IMG/VR virus record: IMGVR_UViG_3300046522_000297
Location: 32,001-96,000 of that record
Strand: one strand, 5' to 3'
DNA length: 64,000 nt
Origin: a virus
Part shown: positions 18,017 through 27,084 of the stretch, piece after piece
Position numbering within the stretch: the stretch's first letter is position 1
Layout: each line of letters opens with the position of its first letter
Translations under genes and position numbers: made by a program
The notes under the pieces: model-generated
Told to the model about the DNA's origin: nothing
The model's input: the letters and a program-made list of their open reading frames with translations, nothing else
Databases searched by the model: none

Positions 18017-18379
18017 ATGTCGTATAAACAGGTCATTGTCCTCCGCAAGGATTTGAACATGCGGAAGGGCAAAATGGTGGCTCAAGGCAGCCATGCAGTA
18101 GAAATGGTCATCGACATAGCTCTGGGTAATACAACCTTCAAAACCTACCGAGATAACTGGAAGGCTGAAGGTAGGACCAAGATCTGCGTCAGTGTAGACT
18201 CCGAAGCTGAACTCGTTGAAATTTACCGCAAGGCAAGGGACGCAAAGCTTCCATGTTCCATAGTAACGGACGCTGGTAAAACTGAGTTCGGCGGAGTTCC
18301 TACTAAAACAGCAGTCGCTATTGGGCCCGCACCATTGAGCGACGTCGATAAAATCACTAGTCATTTAAAGCTGCTATAA
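18017..18379 (+). CDS. pth2: Peptidyl-tRNA hydrolase Pth2
   Basis: KQVIVLRKDLNMRKGKMVAQGSHA, DAGKTE, AIGPA, ITSHLKLL. Confidence 0.93.
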   Translation: MSYKQVIVLRKDLNMRKGKMVAQGSHAVEMVIDIALGNTTFKTYRDNWKAEGRTKICVSVDSEAELVEIYRKARDAKLPCSIVTDAGKTEFGGVPTKTAVAIGPAPLSDVDKITSHLKLL

Positions 18380-18798
18380 TGTACGGAAAAGATACCCTGA
18401 CATTGCGAGATCGGTTTGAGATCTTCAAGCAACATAAAGATCAGATCAAGGCAGACTTCGAGGAATTCATCACCTCATCGGCGCACCCCTTGGAGATTCG
18501 CTGGCAGATGTTTAAGGACGCACCGGCTGATCTGAGTAATCACTTAGAATCTATTTACGGTGGGCTGGATGAGATCCTGGTGCCAGGACTTGGCAGTAGG
18601 GACATTAACTGGCCCGATGAGATAATTAACGCAGAGAGACACCAGCGCATTAATCTAATAGGTGAAGTCGAAGAGATTTTCTCCAAACCTAAGGCATACA
18701 GGGTCAAATACCCCACAGCTTATGAAGAAGGTTTCCTAGACAAAATAAAAGAACAGATTTTGAAAGATAACATTAAGTCGTTTATCTACGACTGGTAA
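18379..18798 (+). CDS. hypothetical protein
   Basis: 139 aa ORF. Confidence 0.65.
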   Translation: MYGKDTLTLRDRFEIFKQHKDQIKADFEEFITSSAHPLEIRWQMFKDAPADLSNHLESIYGGLDEILVPGLGSRDINWPDEIINAERHQRINLIGEVEEIFSKPKAYRVKYPTAYEEGFLDKIKEQILKDNIKSFIYDW

Positions 18799-18806
18799 AG
18801 AAATAC

Positions 18807-18881
18807 GCCCGCTTATCCTTAGTGGTAAAGGTCCGGCTTTGTAACCCGGGTTCAGAAGTTCGATTCTTCTAGTGGGCACCA
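18807..18881 (+). tRNA. tRNA-Thr(UGU)
   Basis: TT-TGT-AA loop, CCA. Confidence 0.88.
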
Positions 18882-19113
18882 AACACTATAACAATAAAAT
18901 GCATATCGAAATTAGAGACAATGGAAGCTTGAGTGCGGACACCGTGCAGATTGCTCTGCCTAACGGTGAGATCTTCACTGCAAGCATGAACGAGCTATGC
19001 ACTTTCCGTTTGGAAGAGCTTTTGCCTAAGCTCGGCCATACAATAAAAGTCGTTGATTGGGCTTTTGAGCACGATGTCGCTGAGTTCGATAATATCAAAC
19101 TAGGACGGCAACG

Positions 19114-19326
19114 ATGAATGACTTTACATGGCGCCCGATTACTATCGGAGACACTGTAGCAACAGCTAAAACTGGATACAACGATCTTATCCGTGGGAAA
19201 GTCGTTGAGTTTGGTGAGAAGATGATTGTTATAGAAAGAGTAGGGCCTGGGTATCCTCGTAAATTCCGTAGGTACCCGGAACAAGTAATTGTAGTAGAAC
19301 CTTCTTTTAACCCAGTAAATACATAA
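19114..19326 (+). CDS. small SH3-like hypothetical protein (paralog of 19938-20141)
   Basis: I.IGD.V...RG.V...RYPEQVIVV. Confidence 0.6.
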   Translation: MNDFTWRPITIGDTVATAKTGYNDLIRGKVVEFGEKMIVIERVGPGYPRKFRRYPEQVIVVEPSFNPVNT

Positions 19327-19332
19327 AATTAA

Positions 19333-19941
19333 ATGGTAGACCTCGCTAAGGTAGCACAGTATGACTTCGTAGTTCTCGTTGATAAATCCGGTTCCATGGC
19401 AACTAAAGACGTTAAGTCAGGTTGGTTTGGATCCAAATCCCGTTGGGAAGCGATCGAGAAAACCGCCATCGTCTTTGCTCAGGACCTGGAGAAGATTGAT
19501 AAGGATGGTATTGGTTTGGTTCTATTCGGAGGAGATGTCAAAGCCTATCCGAATAGCAACGCAGATCAGGTAGCAAAGGCGTTCTCCTATAACTCCCCTG
19601 GTGGTGGAACTCCCCTTGCAGAAGCCCTGCAGACCGCGTTGGATCTATTGAAGGATTCCAAGAAGAAGAAATTCATCATGGTATTCACTGATGGCGCGCC
19701 TAATAATCGCCAGGCTGTGAAAAACCTCATCATCAATCAGGCTAATGGCCAATCCACGGACGACGAGTGTACCATCCTATTCGTACAGGTAGGCAACGAC
19801 ACCGGGGCTACCAAGTTCCTTACGGAGCTGGATGATGATCTCAAGGGAGCGAAATTCGATATCGTAGACGCCAAGACTGCGGCTGAAGCCGAGAAGTTCT
19901 CGTCGACTCTGGAGCTGGTTGTCCACGCTATCGGAGATTGA
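19333..19941 (+). CDS. von Willebrand factor A domain protein
   Basis: MIDAS DKSGS, GGTP, VFTDG. Confidence 0.88.
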   Translation: MVDLAKVAQYDFVVLVDKSGSMATKDVKSGWFGSKSRWEAIEKTAIVFAQDLEKIDKDGIGLVLFGGDVKAYPNSNADQVAKAFSYNSPGGGTPLAEALQTALDLLKDSKKKKFIMVFTDGAPNNRQAVKNLIINQANGQSTDDECTILFVQVGNDTGATKFLTELDDDLKGAKFDIVDAKTAAEAEKFSSTLELVVHAIGD

Positions 19942-20141
19942 GAGTGGCAGAAGTCAAAAGAGACGCAGCAGGGTGTGACATCCGGGTAGGGGACATTGTT
20001 CTCTACTCAAAAAGCGAAGGCACCGATCTTTACAGAGGTAGAATCCTCCGGCTGACCGAGCTCCAGGTTCACATCGATAATGCTGGTCGATGGCCTGCTG
20101 TAGTAAAACGTTATCCGGGTCAAGTTGTTGTTATAGGGTAA
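19938..20141 (+). CDS. small SH3-like hypothetical protein
   Basis: IRVGDIV...RGRI...RYPGQVVV. Confidence 0.6.
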   Translation: MRVAEVKRDAAGCDIRVGDIVLYSKSEGTDLYRGRILRLTELQVHIDNAGRWPAVVKRYPGQVVVIG

Positions 20142-20148
20142 CAGTGTA

Positions 20149-20610
20149 TTGGTTAAAAGAACAAAAATATCGGACGAAGATATAGCCGAAGCAGTAAAAC
20201 ACTCCCGGAGCTATTTTCAAGTACTAGACCGCTTAGGGAGAAAACGAGCCGGGGGTTCCCATTCTCATATAAAACTAAGAATAGAGCGGGCTGGTATAGA
20301 TACCTCCCATTTTACCGGGCAGGGATGGAATAAAGGTGGTCATTCCAGGAACCGGAAAAGTATTGAGGAAATACTTGTTTTAAGAGAGAGTGGGGTCAGA
20401 TCTAAGCCCCATCAATTAACTAGAGCACTTATATCTCTTGGTATAAAACATGAGTGCCAGAAATGTGGTCAGGGTCCTGAGTGGATGGGTAACCCTCTTA
20501 CTCTAGACGTAGATCACATAAACCAAAATTGGCTGGATGATAGGGCTGAAAATTTAAGGTTTTTATGTCCAAATTGTCATAGCCAATTTTCTAGAAACCT
20601 GATACAATAA
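20149..20610 (+). CDS. Free-standing HNH endonuclease
   Basis: CQKC...LDVDHINQNWLDDRAENLRFLCPNCH. Confidence 0.9.
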   Translation: MVKRTKISDEDIAEAVKHSRSYFQVLDRLGRKRAGGSHSHIKLRIERAGIDTSHFTGQGWNKGGHSRNRKSIEEILVLRESGVRSKPHQLTRALISLGIKHECQKCGQGPEWMGNPLTLDVDHINQNWLDDRAENLRFLCPNCHSQFSRNLIQ

Positions 20611-20619
20611 CATTTCAAT

Positions 20620-20702
20620 GGGGATGTGGCTAATGGAAATTGGTACACCTAACACTCTTAGAAAGTGTGCTTTTACGAGTTCGAGTCTCGTCGTCCCTAC
20701 CA
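20620..20702 (+). tRNA. tRNA-Leu(UAG), short variable region
   Basis: ACACT-CTTAGAA-AGTGT, A73, CCA. Confidence 0.8.
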
Positions 20703-20936
20703 ACAAAACAGAGTAAAACAAAATGACAACCAAAGTTACTATTAGTCTTGACACACCGAATCACCAGGATGCACTGGTTGAGCAAGTAAACCCTGCTGAT
20801 GGTAAGGTATGGCACGGAGCTAGACGTCTCAAAGCAGGCGAATCTGCTGAGTTCTATGTCCACTCCAGTGTGTCTCTCCGCATCACTGAGATTCCTTCAA
20901 TCACGGAACCTCAATCCAACTAATCCCCTCAACAAT

Positions 20937-21011
20937 ATCGCTATCGTCTAATGGTTAGGACTACAGGTTTTCAACCTGTCAATCGGAGTTCAATTCTCCG
21001 TAGCGATGCCA
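20937..21011 (+). tRNA. tRNA-Glu(UUC)
   Basis: ACAGG-TTTTCAA-CCTGT, CCA. Confidence 0.9.
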
Positions 21012-21027
21012 AAACATAGGAGTCCCT

Positions 21028-21441
21028 ATGCTTTTCGTAGAAGTAAATCCTCGTAAGTACAAAGCAGTTCAATTCAATAAATTTGGTGATGTGACAGGCG
21101 TATATCGTGGTTACATCGAAACCAAGGGTAGCACGGTGCAGTATTTCGTCTCGGACGTATGTCCTCGTAGAATGGACTGCAGATTCGCTTACCTGACGCG
21201 AACTCAAGACGGGTTTCAGGAAGTTAAAGAAGGTGATTGGATTCTTACCAATACTAAAAACGGTAAGATTAAGATCCTCCCTAACAAGAAATTCCTGAAA
21301 GACTACGTCGGTTACCATGAGCCTGCACAGTCACCTGAGCCGGTCAGTCAAGTAGTAACCCTACCTCATCGCATCAGCGTAGCTCAACAGGCTGCGTGTA
21401 TCAAACAATACGAGACCGAAAATGCGGCACCGCCGTTATAA
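21028..21441 (+). CDS. hypothetical protein (KAVQF...VKEGDWI)
   Basis: 137 aa, AGGAG RBS. Confidence 0.65.
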   Translation: MLFVEVNPRKYKAVQFNKFGDVTGVYRGYIETKGSTVQYFVSDVCPRRMDCRFAYLTRTQDGFQEVKEGDWILTNTKNGKIKILPNKKFLKDYVGYHEPAQSPEPVSQVVTLPHRISVAQQAACIKQYETENAAPPL

Positions 21442-21636
21442 AGACACTTTGGTTGCACCTAGCTCACTCCTTGGCCAGCTTATGGCTAATAAAGCCGGAG
21501 CATCTGCAATCGAGAAACATTATGACGAAACCACTAAAGCCTGCAAGAAACTGTATGGCGAAGAGAACTATAAGTGGTTCGTTGAAATGCATAGAACCTT
21601 TCCTCCTGAAAACCGTAAACCTGTAGAAAGTACCCA

Positions 21637-22032
21637 ATGATCAATATGCACCGTCACTCCGTCAATGTCTCCCGTAAAGAACTCCTTACCAAACTGAAGG
21701 AGAACCTGGCAATCCATCAGAAAGATTACCGCGAAGCCTGTATCGGTTATAAAACCATTTTGGAACATGCCCTTGTGGAGTTTCTTACCAAGTGTAAGAG
21801 CCTTAACGAAGATGGTGTTTTGAAGCTGCAAATCCCTAACCCTTCCAAGCCCGTCAGCCACGAAAAGGAATATCGAGAAATTATCGACATGATGGAAGTG
21901 TCAGTCGACGACGTCATCAATCTTGACGCAGAAAGCTTCAAAGCGTATTTCAAGAACGAGTGGTCCTGGTCCAGTGGCTTTAACGCTACTGCAACCATGT
22001 ACAAGTCTGCTCTCGGCGGCGCTGTCAACTAA
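21637..22032 (+). CDS. hypothetical phage protein
   Basis: 131 aa ORF. Confidence 0.7.
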   Translation: MINMHRHSVNVSRKELLTKLKENLAIHQKDYREACIGYKTILEHALVEFLTKCKSLNEDGVLKLQIPNPSKPVSHEKEYREIIDMMEVSVDDVINLDAESFKAYFKNEWSWSSGFNATATMYKSALGGAVN

Positions 22033-22682
22033 ACCTCATCAATTTGGTATAAGAGAAGTGCAGAGAAATCCTCTGCATTTCTTTATGCAAAGGACGACTC
22101 AAATGAAAAAAGCAATCGTAGCACTTCTGATCAGTATGTTGATGATCGCACCGGTCAACGCCATGGTGTGGCTCCATCCCAGCGGCGTTTGGGTTAGTGA
22201 CACTTGTGTGACCCCGACTGGTCAATGGTTCACCTTTATTAACACCTTTGGGCCTGTCGGTGCAAACTGCTGGTTCAATATCAATGGTGTAACTTTTTAT
22301 GGCAAATTTTCATAAGGACTGATATAATGGGATTATTCCTCTGGTGCTTAGCGATCATCTTCGCAGTATGGGTTCTATGGATGATTATTAAACCTCGTCG
22401 TCCCAGTCATTCCTCAGACGGGGCTGAAGTTATCGCAGCCATTATTAGTGTCGTCGCTGACATAGTCGATTAACAGGAGTTATAATGAGTATCTCTGTCG
22501 TTGTAGTATTGGTAGCAATCGTAGTTTTGGCGTGGGTCATTTACAAAAATGCATATCGTTCCAAGTTACCGTTCGCAACGCCTAAGGTGACTCTTGAAAC
22601 TCCACGCAATAACGACGCTGTAAATTATTACGTTCCCCCGGATATGGCCTATTGGCATAAACCCGGGAAGTAATGCATCAAG

Positions 22683-22760
22683 GGCGGTTTAGCCAAGTTG
22701 GTCTAAGGCATCTGATTTTGATTCAGACATTCCTAGGTTCGAATCCTGGAACCGCTTCCA
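22683..22760 (+). tRNA. tRNA-Gln(UUG)
   Basis: TCTGA-TTTTGAT-TCAGA, CCA. Confidence 0.88.
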
Positions 22761-22764
22761 CAAA

Positions 22765-22840
22765 GGGTCTGTAGTTGTAATAGGCAAAACCCTGGGCTCC
22801 AAACCCAGAGACGACGGTTCGAATCCGTACGGGCCCGCCA
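22765..22840 (+). tRNA. tRNA-Trp(CCA)
   Basis: CTGGG-CTCCAAA-CCCAG, G73, CCA. Confidence 0.88.
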
Positions 22841-22878
22841 TTCCACCCCTCCCTCAACGTTCAATTAAGGAACATAAA

Positions 22879-23331
22879 ATGGAAGCTAAAACCTTCTCCC
22901 GTGATTCATTCGTCTATCGTTTCCTGGCATGGCCTACCGGTAACCTGTGGTTTTCCGTGCCATACGATATCTGCCAGCTCCGCCGGGACGTTATCTTGAA
23001 GATTTTTCTGCTGCTCACCATCGTTTCGGCGACGTTCGGGTACGCTTACAGCGTCACATCTTACGTGCTGTACGAGATGAGTCAACTGTTCGGCGGCGTC
23101 TTCGGCACCCGTGGATTAACAGAGATCGTAAAATTCGGGGGTGCCCTCACCTACATCACCTTGCTGTTTGCAGCTTTGGCAGGGATTTTCTGGGCTCTCG
23201 ATAAGGCTCAGAAGTACTTCAGCCGCCGTAAATGAGAACGTGATGGTCTTCCCCCGAAACCCAACGGCCCGGTCAAGGAAATGTACCTGAGCTGGAAGAA
23301 CAAACTCTGCTATCGAATTGACTTTCAATAA
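22879..23331 (+). CDS. membrane protein with in-frame TGA at 23233-23235 (readthrough or nonsense allele)
   Basis: Frame continues ERDGLPPKPNGPVKEMYLSWKNKLCYRIDFQ* with matching codon style. Confidence 0.55.
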
Positions 23332-23418
23332 TTAGCGGATCTCTGGTATAATAACAGTGTGAGGAACTTTAATGTTCCTTGCACTGTTCAAATATAAACC
23401 TCAAATTTTAGGATTAAC

Positions 23419-24081
23419 ATGGCGAAAGTAAAAAAATCAATCACCCGTCTGTTGGCAGAACGTAAAGCCCTGGAAGATCGTATCAACAAGGCTACTTCGG
23501 TGCCCTTCATCGGTACCATGAAAGGTACCCGCACTCCGACTGTGGTTGGCTACACCGGCCATGGCGTTGAGCAAATCTCCAATCTTTTCAAGGGAAACCT
23601 GGACAAAGTGCGGGGTCTGATCAGTTATCACAACCGTATCACTGCGGCTCTGGTGGAATCGAACGCTACCACCAAGGTCAAGATTGGTGAAGAAGAGCTG
23701 ACCGTCGCTGCAGCTATCGAGCGCAAGAAGTCGATTCAATTCGACAAGCGCCTCCTGGCTACACTGATCAATCAGTCTTCGCAAGTTCAAGGTCAACTCG
23801 ATCTGGCAAACCGTCAGGTTGAAGAAATGATCGAACGCCAGCTGATCAACATCTATGGTTCTGGTGACAAGGCAAAGCTGACTGCGGACCAACGCAAAGA
23901 AACCGAAGATGCGATCCGCGCCCAGCATCAACAGGCCCCGATCGATCCGAACAAGATCGCTGACCTGGCTCGTGCTGAAATGGAGCGCATCAGTAAGTTC
24001 GAAACCGAAATCGACTTTGTCCTGTCGGAAAGTAACGCCAAGACGGAAATCGAGCTCGACGACGAGACTCCCGTAGCCTAA
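23419..24081 (+). CDS. Coiled-coil protein, resembles DIP1984/DUF6847-like family (from recollection)
   Basis: SITRLLAERKALEDRI, ALVESNATTKV, TVAAAIERKK, EIDFVLSESNAKTEI. Confidence 0.6.
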   Translation: MAKVKKSITRLLAERKALEDRINKATSVPFIGTMKGTRTPTVVGYTGHGVEQISNLFKGNLDKVRGLISYHNRITAALVESNATTKVKIGEEELTVAAAIERKKSIQFDKRLLATLINQSSQVQGQLDLANRQVEEMIERQLINIYGSGDKAKLTADQRKETEDAIRAQHQQAPIDPNKIADLARAEMERISKFETEIDFVLSESNAKTEIELDDETPVA

Positions 24082-24088
24082 AGACTTC

Positions 24089-24455
24089 TGCCACACCACA
24101 TTAGTTGAACCATAACCTGACGAACAGGTGATCATCCGGTTCAGGGCCGAGAACTAAAAACGGCCAACCTAAGCCCCCTAAGAAGGGCTGCCTAAAGATA
24201 ATGGAGCTCTTCACTGAGCAATCGACTTCTAATCGATCCGTATATAATGCATATACTTTAAATTAAAGTCAACGTTCATTACCTCAAAGGTCAAAGGTTA
24301 AAGCTCAAACTTCAAGCTATCATAAGTTTAAAGTTAAAAGCTCAAGTATTACAACGCTCTTTCAAACCCATGGTTAACGTTTATGAGGGTTCAGGAATAG
24401 CCTCTACTTGTACGCATGGCTGTCAGCGTTGTGGTTCAACTAATGTGGTGTGGCA
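24089..24455 (+). ncRNA. About 370-nt structured RNA closed by a 28-bp stem, with internal heptamer repeats
   Basis: 24089-24116 pairs with 24428-24455 (27 Watson-Crick + 1 GU); followed by a terminator at 24458-24488. Confidence 0.75.
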
Positions 24456-24524
24456 CAGATCCCTAGTTTCGACTGGGGATTTTTTTTAGCTCAATTAAGC
24501 TCATCCGTTTTGGTATAAGATTAG

Positions 24525-24597
24525 TGTCATGTAACTCAGCGGTAGAGTGCTAGAACCTTTCTAGAAGTCGCCAGTTCGATTCTGGTCACGGCCTCCC
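24525..24597 (+). ncRNA. tRNA-like RNA with collapsed anticodon loop
   Basis: Canonical D (ACTC-AGCGGTA-GAGT) and T (GCCAG-TTCGATT-CTGGT) arms; CTAGAA-CCT-TTCTAG; promoter at 24511. Confidence 0.6.
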
Positions 24598-24630
24598 CGA
24601 AAGGGGAGTTTATTTAGTCAAACAGGAGAT

Positions 24631-24936
24631 ATGTCAGTGCCTATTTCATTTCAAGAAATTCAAAATAACATTGATCAAAGCATCGTGTCTAGAGTGATCC
24701 GAACCATTGACGGTAAGTTGTCGGATCCCACTTACGCAAGGGAATGGATGTGTAATTCGGATACTAACCCAACTTATCGATTTGCAATCCCCGGCTCGGT
24801 GACCGACTACGAAAAGAAGGCTATTATTAACACGTATATGAACGTGGGATGGGGCACCGTGGAGGTTAAAAACTCCTCTGAAAACGGTGAGCGTCCCGGT
24901 ATGGTCGGTGTTGTATTGAAACAGCACGCTGAATAA
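24631..24936 (+). CDS. hypothetical protein
   Basis: 101 aa, AGGAG RBS. Confidence 0.7.
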   Translation: MSVPISFQEIQNNIDQSIVSRVIRTIDGKLSDPTYAREWMCNSDTNPTYRFAIPGSVTDYEKKAIINTYMNVGWGTVEVKNSSENGERPGMVGVVLKQHAE

Positions 24937-25061
24937 GTTCTTCCCGGTCTAAGGCCGGGCTTTTTTTTAGCTCAATATATTTGTGTTATTTGGTATAAGC
25001 TAAATGTAACAAAGTATCGTTACCTTTTTTTTGGCCAACCGAGCTTATATGGAGACATTAA

Positions 25062-25637
25062 ATGTCTGCAGTAACCAAACGTAATATCAGTGCATTGAAG
25101 GGCATGAAGCAGTTCGCTGTTCGTAGCCTGGAGCAACGCCAGCTCCGTCACCCCGACCACCGCTTCCTCTCGGTGGACGCCAAGCCTTTCCCCTGTCCTG
25201 TCAACGCAGTTATCAAAGCTGCTTCGGATATCGATTTCCGAGCGACCAAACCCAAGGATCTCCCCGAGGGTATGAACGCTCCTCGCAAGCGTGCAACTCC
25301 GGCAACGTACACTCCTCGTACTAACCTCGGCAAGTCCAAGTGGGATTTCCAGTATATGGAATCGGGTAACAGCATTGCCATCCCGGTCCAGGTATCGGAA
25401 AGCAATGATTTCCAGTTCCGCCGTGAAGTGGCTCGTATCAAGGGTTGCGGTCGCGGAGTTCTCCGCTACCAAAAGAACCGTGGTTACGTCGACCCCGGTT
25501 TCCTGATTCAGACTTCTGTCGAAGACATCGTCATCAAGACTTTACCTAACGGAGATCCAGTCACGAAACCCCATGTTGTCTTCTGGCGTATCGACGGCAC
25601 TCCGATCGACCCTGCGTATCTCGCAGGTTCAATTTAA
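25062..25637 (+). CDS. hypothetical early protein (possible DNA-binding; SKWDFQYMESGNS)
   Basis: 191 aa, promoter at 24991. Confidence 0.65.
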   Translation: MSAVTKRNISALKGMKQFAVRSLEQRQLRHPDHRFLSVDAKPFPCPVNAVIKAASDIDFRATKPKDLPEGMNAPRKRATPATYTPRTNLGKSKWDFQYMESGNSIAIPVQVSESNDFQFRREVARIKGCGRGVLRYQKNRGYVDPGFLIQTSVEDIVIKTLPNGDPVTKPHVVFWRIDGTPIDPAYLAGSI

Positions 25638-26371
25638 ATAACCGCATATCTTTTTGGTATAAGGAAAGTAGAGAAGAGCATATCTTCTCTTTTTGCGCTT
25701 AACTAGCCATCTCCTTTTATGGAAATCCCAACCAAGATCCTCGAAGCTTTGGGTTTCTCAAAGCCTAGAGAGGTTCTGAAGATTCACACTGATACTATCA
25801 ATACTTCCCAGGTCAACATGATCGAGGAGTATTGCCCACCCGGTTGTGATCCTAAGAGAACCAAGCTGGCAATCAGCAAACGCGGTCGTAAGGACAGAGG
25901 TAACTTTGTTCAAGTCTACTACCGTGCAGGTAACAAACTCGCCCCTCAGCCAACGGCCGAGGACAAATCGAATCAATTCTGGAGAGAACTTAATGAGCTC
26001 GTCGAACGAAACCAAAGCCGTGGTGAACGTCCACGCAGTCAAGAAAACCGAAACGGAAGCCGCCGCTGACAAAGCGTACTACGCTGCCAAGCGCGTCCGT
26101 AAGGGCAAAACCGCCAAGAAGCGCGCCGGCAGTGGCCGTGGTCACGCAGCATAACTAAGGAAATACAATGGAAATCCTGCACAAGCTGTTCCCGTTCCTG
26201 GGCCAGGTCAAATCCCCGGCCGATAAAAAGGCCCCGAAGGTCTACCCGTTCTCGTCGACGCGTCAACACACCCGTGCAATCTGTCAAGGTTTGCACAACG
26301 TCCGGGTCAACGTCGCCGGCAAGCACAACACCGTGCTGCAAACGGGGGATGCCAAGTAAGTAGCGCCGGAC

Positions 26372-26400
26372 TTGCAGTATAGTGACTACGTTGCTATAAT
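26372..26400 (+). promoter_or_regulatory. Sigma70 promoter for the tRNA pair
   Basis: TTGCAG-17-TATAAT with TG extension. Confidence 0.7.
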
Positions 26401-26413
26401 GTAAGTCTTCTGT

Positions 26414-26501
26414 GCGCCGGAAGCCCTATTGGTCGGAGGCCCTCGACTCATAATCGAGCTGCGAAAGCACGTTGCGGGTTCAAAGCCCGCCCGGCGCACC
26501 A
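26414..26501 (+). tRNA. tRNA(CAU) Met/Ile2 with long variable arm
   Basis: CTCGA-CTCATAA-TCGAG, A73, CCA. Confidence 0.85.
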
Positions 26502-26519
26502 ATAAATAGTTGTTAAGAT

Positions 26520-26607
26520 GGACCGGAAGCCCTACTGGTCGGAGGCCCTCGACTAATAATCGAGCTTCGAAATCACATTGCGGGTTCAAAGACCGCCCGG
26601 TCCACCA
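26520..26607 (+). tRNA. tRNA(AAU), Ile-reading paralog of the CAU tRNA
   Basis: CTCGA-CTAATAA-TCGAG, GGACCGG/CCGGTCC, CCA. Confidence 0.8.
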
Positions 26608-26626
26608 ACTCCGTAATTATAATAAG

Positions 26627-27049
26627 ATGCCTCAAGAAGCACAGTTTCCATTCGAAGGATATAGACTTTACATAGTACTTCACAAAAAAGAAGGCCGACG
26701 TATGGCTAACTTAGTGAAGAAAGACACGGGTAGTCAAGTAAGAACTACCATGTCGTACGCCCGTTATCTCATGTCAGTTCATTTAGGTAGAGTTTTGACC
26801 GAAGATGAGCATGTCGATCATAAAAATGACGATAAGTTGGATGATAGAATCGATAATTATCAGATTTTAACCCCAGCACAAAACCTTGAAAAGTATAATC
26901 GGTCACACCCTAAAAAAGTCGTAGATGTAAGATGTTTTTGGTGTGGCACTACTTTTCAAATGGACAAAAGAAACGTCCCATTTAGGCCCAATGCTTGTTG
27001 CAGTAGAAAGTGCGCTAGAGCTAAGCAGTTTAACAGAGACAAAAGTTAG
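26627..27049 (+). CDS. Free-standing HNH endonuclease
   Basis: YARYLMSVHLGRVLTEDEHVDHKNDDKLDDRIDNYQILT...N, zinc ribbon; true start lies after the tRNA. Confidence 0.85.
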   Translation: MPQEAQFPFEGYRLYIVLHKKEGRRMANLVKKDTGSQVRTTMSYARYLMSVHLGRVLTEDEHVDHKNDDKLDDRIDNYQILTPAQNLEKYNRSHPKKVVDVRCFWCGTTFQMDKRNVPFRPNACCSRKCARAKQFNRDKS

Positions 27050-27084
27050 TAGTCCTCTCACACAATCCGTTTTAGGAGTTTCGC

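Noticed and set aside
20937-21011. Opal suppressor tRNA (TCA appears in the loop)
   Set aside because: The correct 5-bp stem ACAGG/CCTGT places TTC at 34-36, giving tRNA-Glu.
23233-23235. Selenocysteine codon
   Set aside because: No redox motif, no obvious bacterial SECIS hairpin immediately downstream, and no tRNA-Sec seen.
24255-24350. CRISPR array
   Set aside because: The repeats are 7-nt, imperfect and contiguous, with no 25-45 nt repeat/spacer alternation; no cas genes.
26510-26626. N-terminal extensions or ORFs overlapping tRNAs (26510, 14486, 18872, 11537, 13184, 11308)
   Set aside because: They run through tRNA or tRNA-like genes; better starts exist downstream (26627, 14561, 18899), or the ORFs are spurious.
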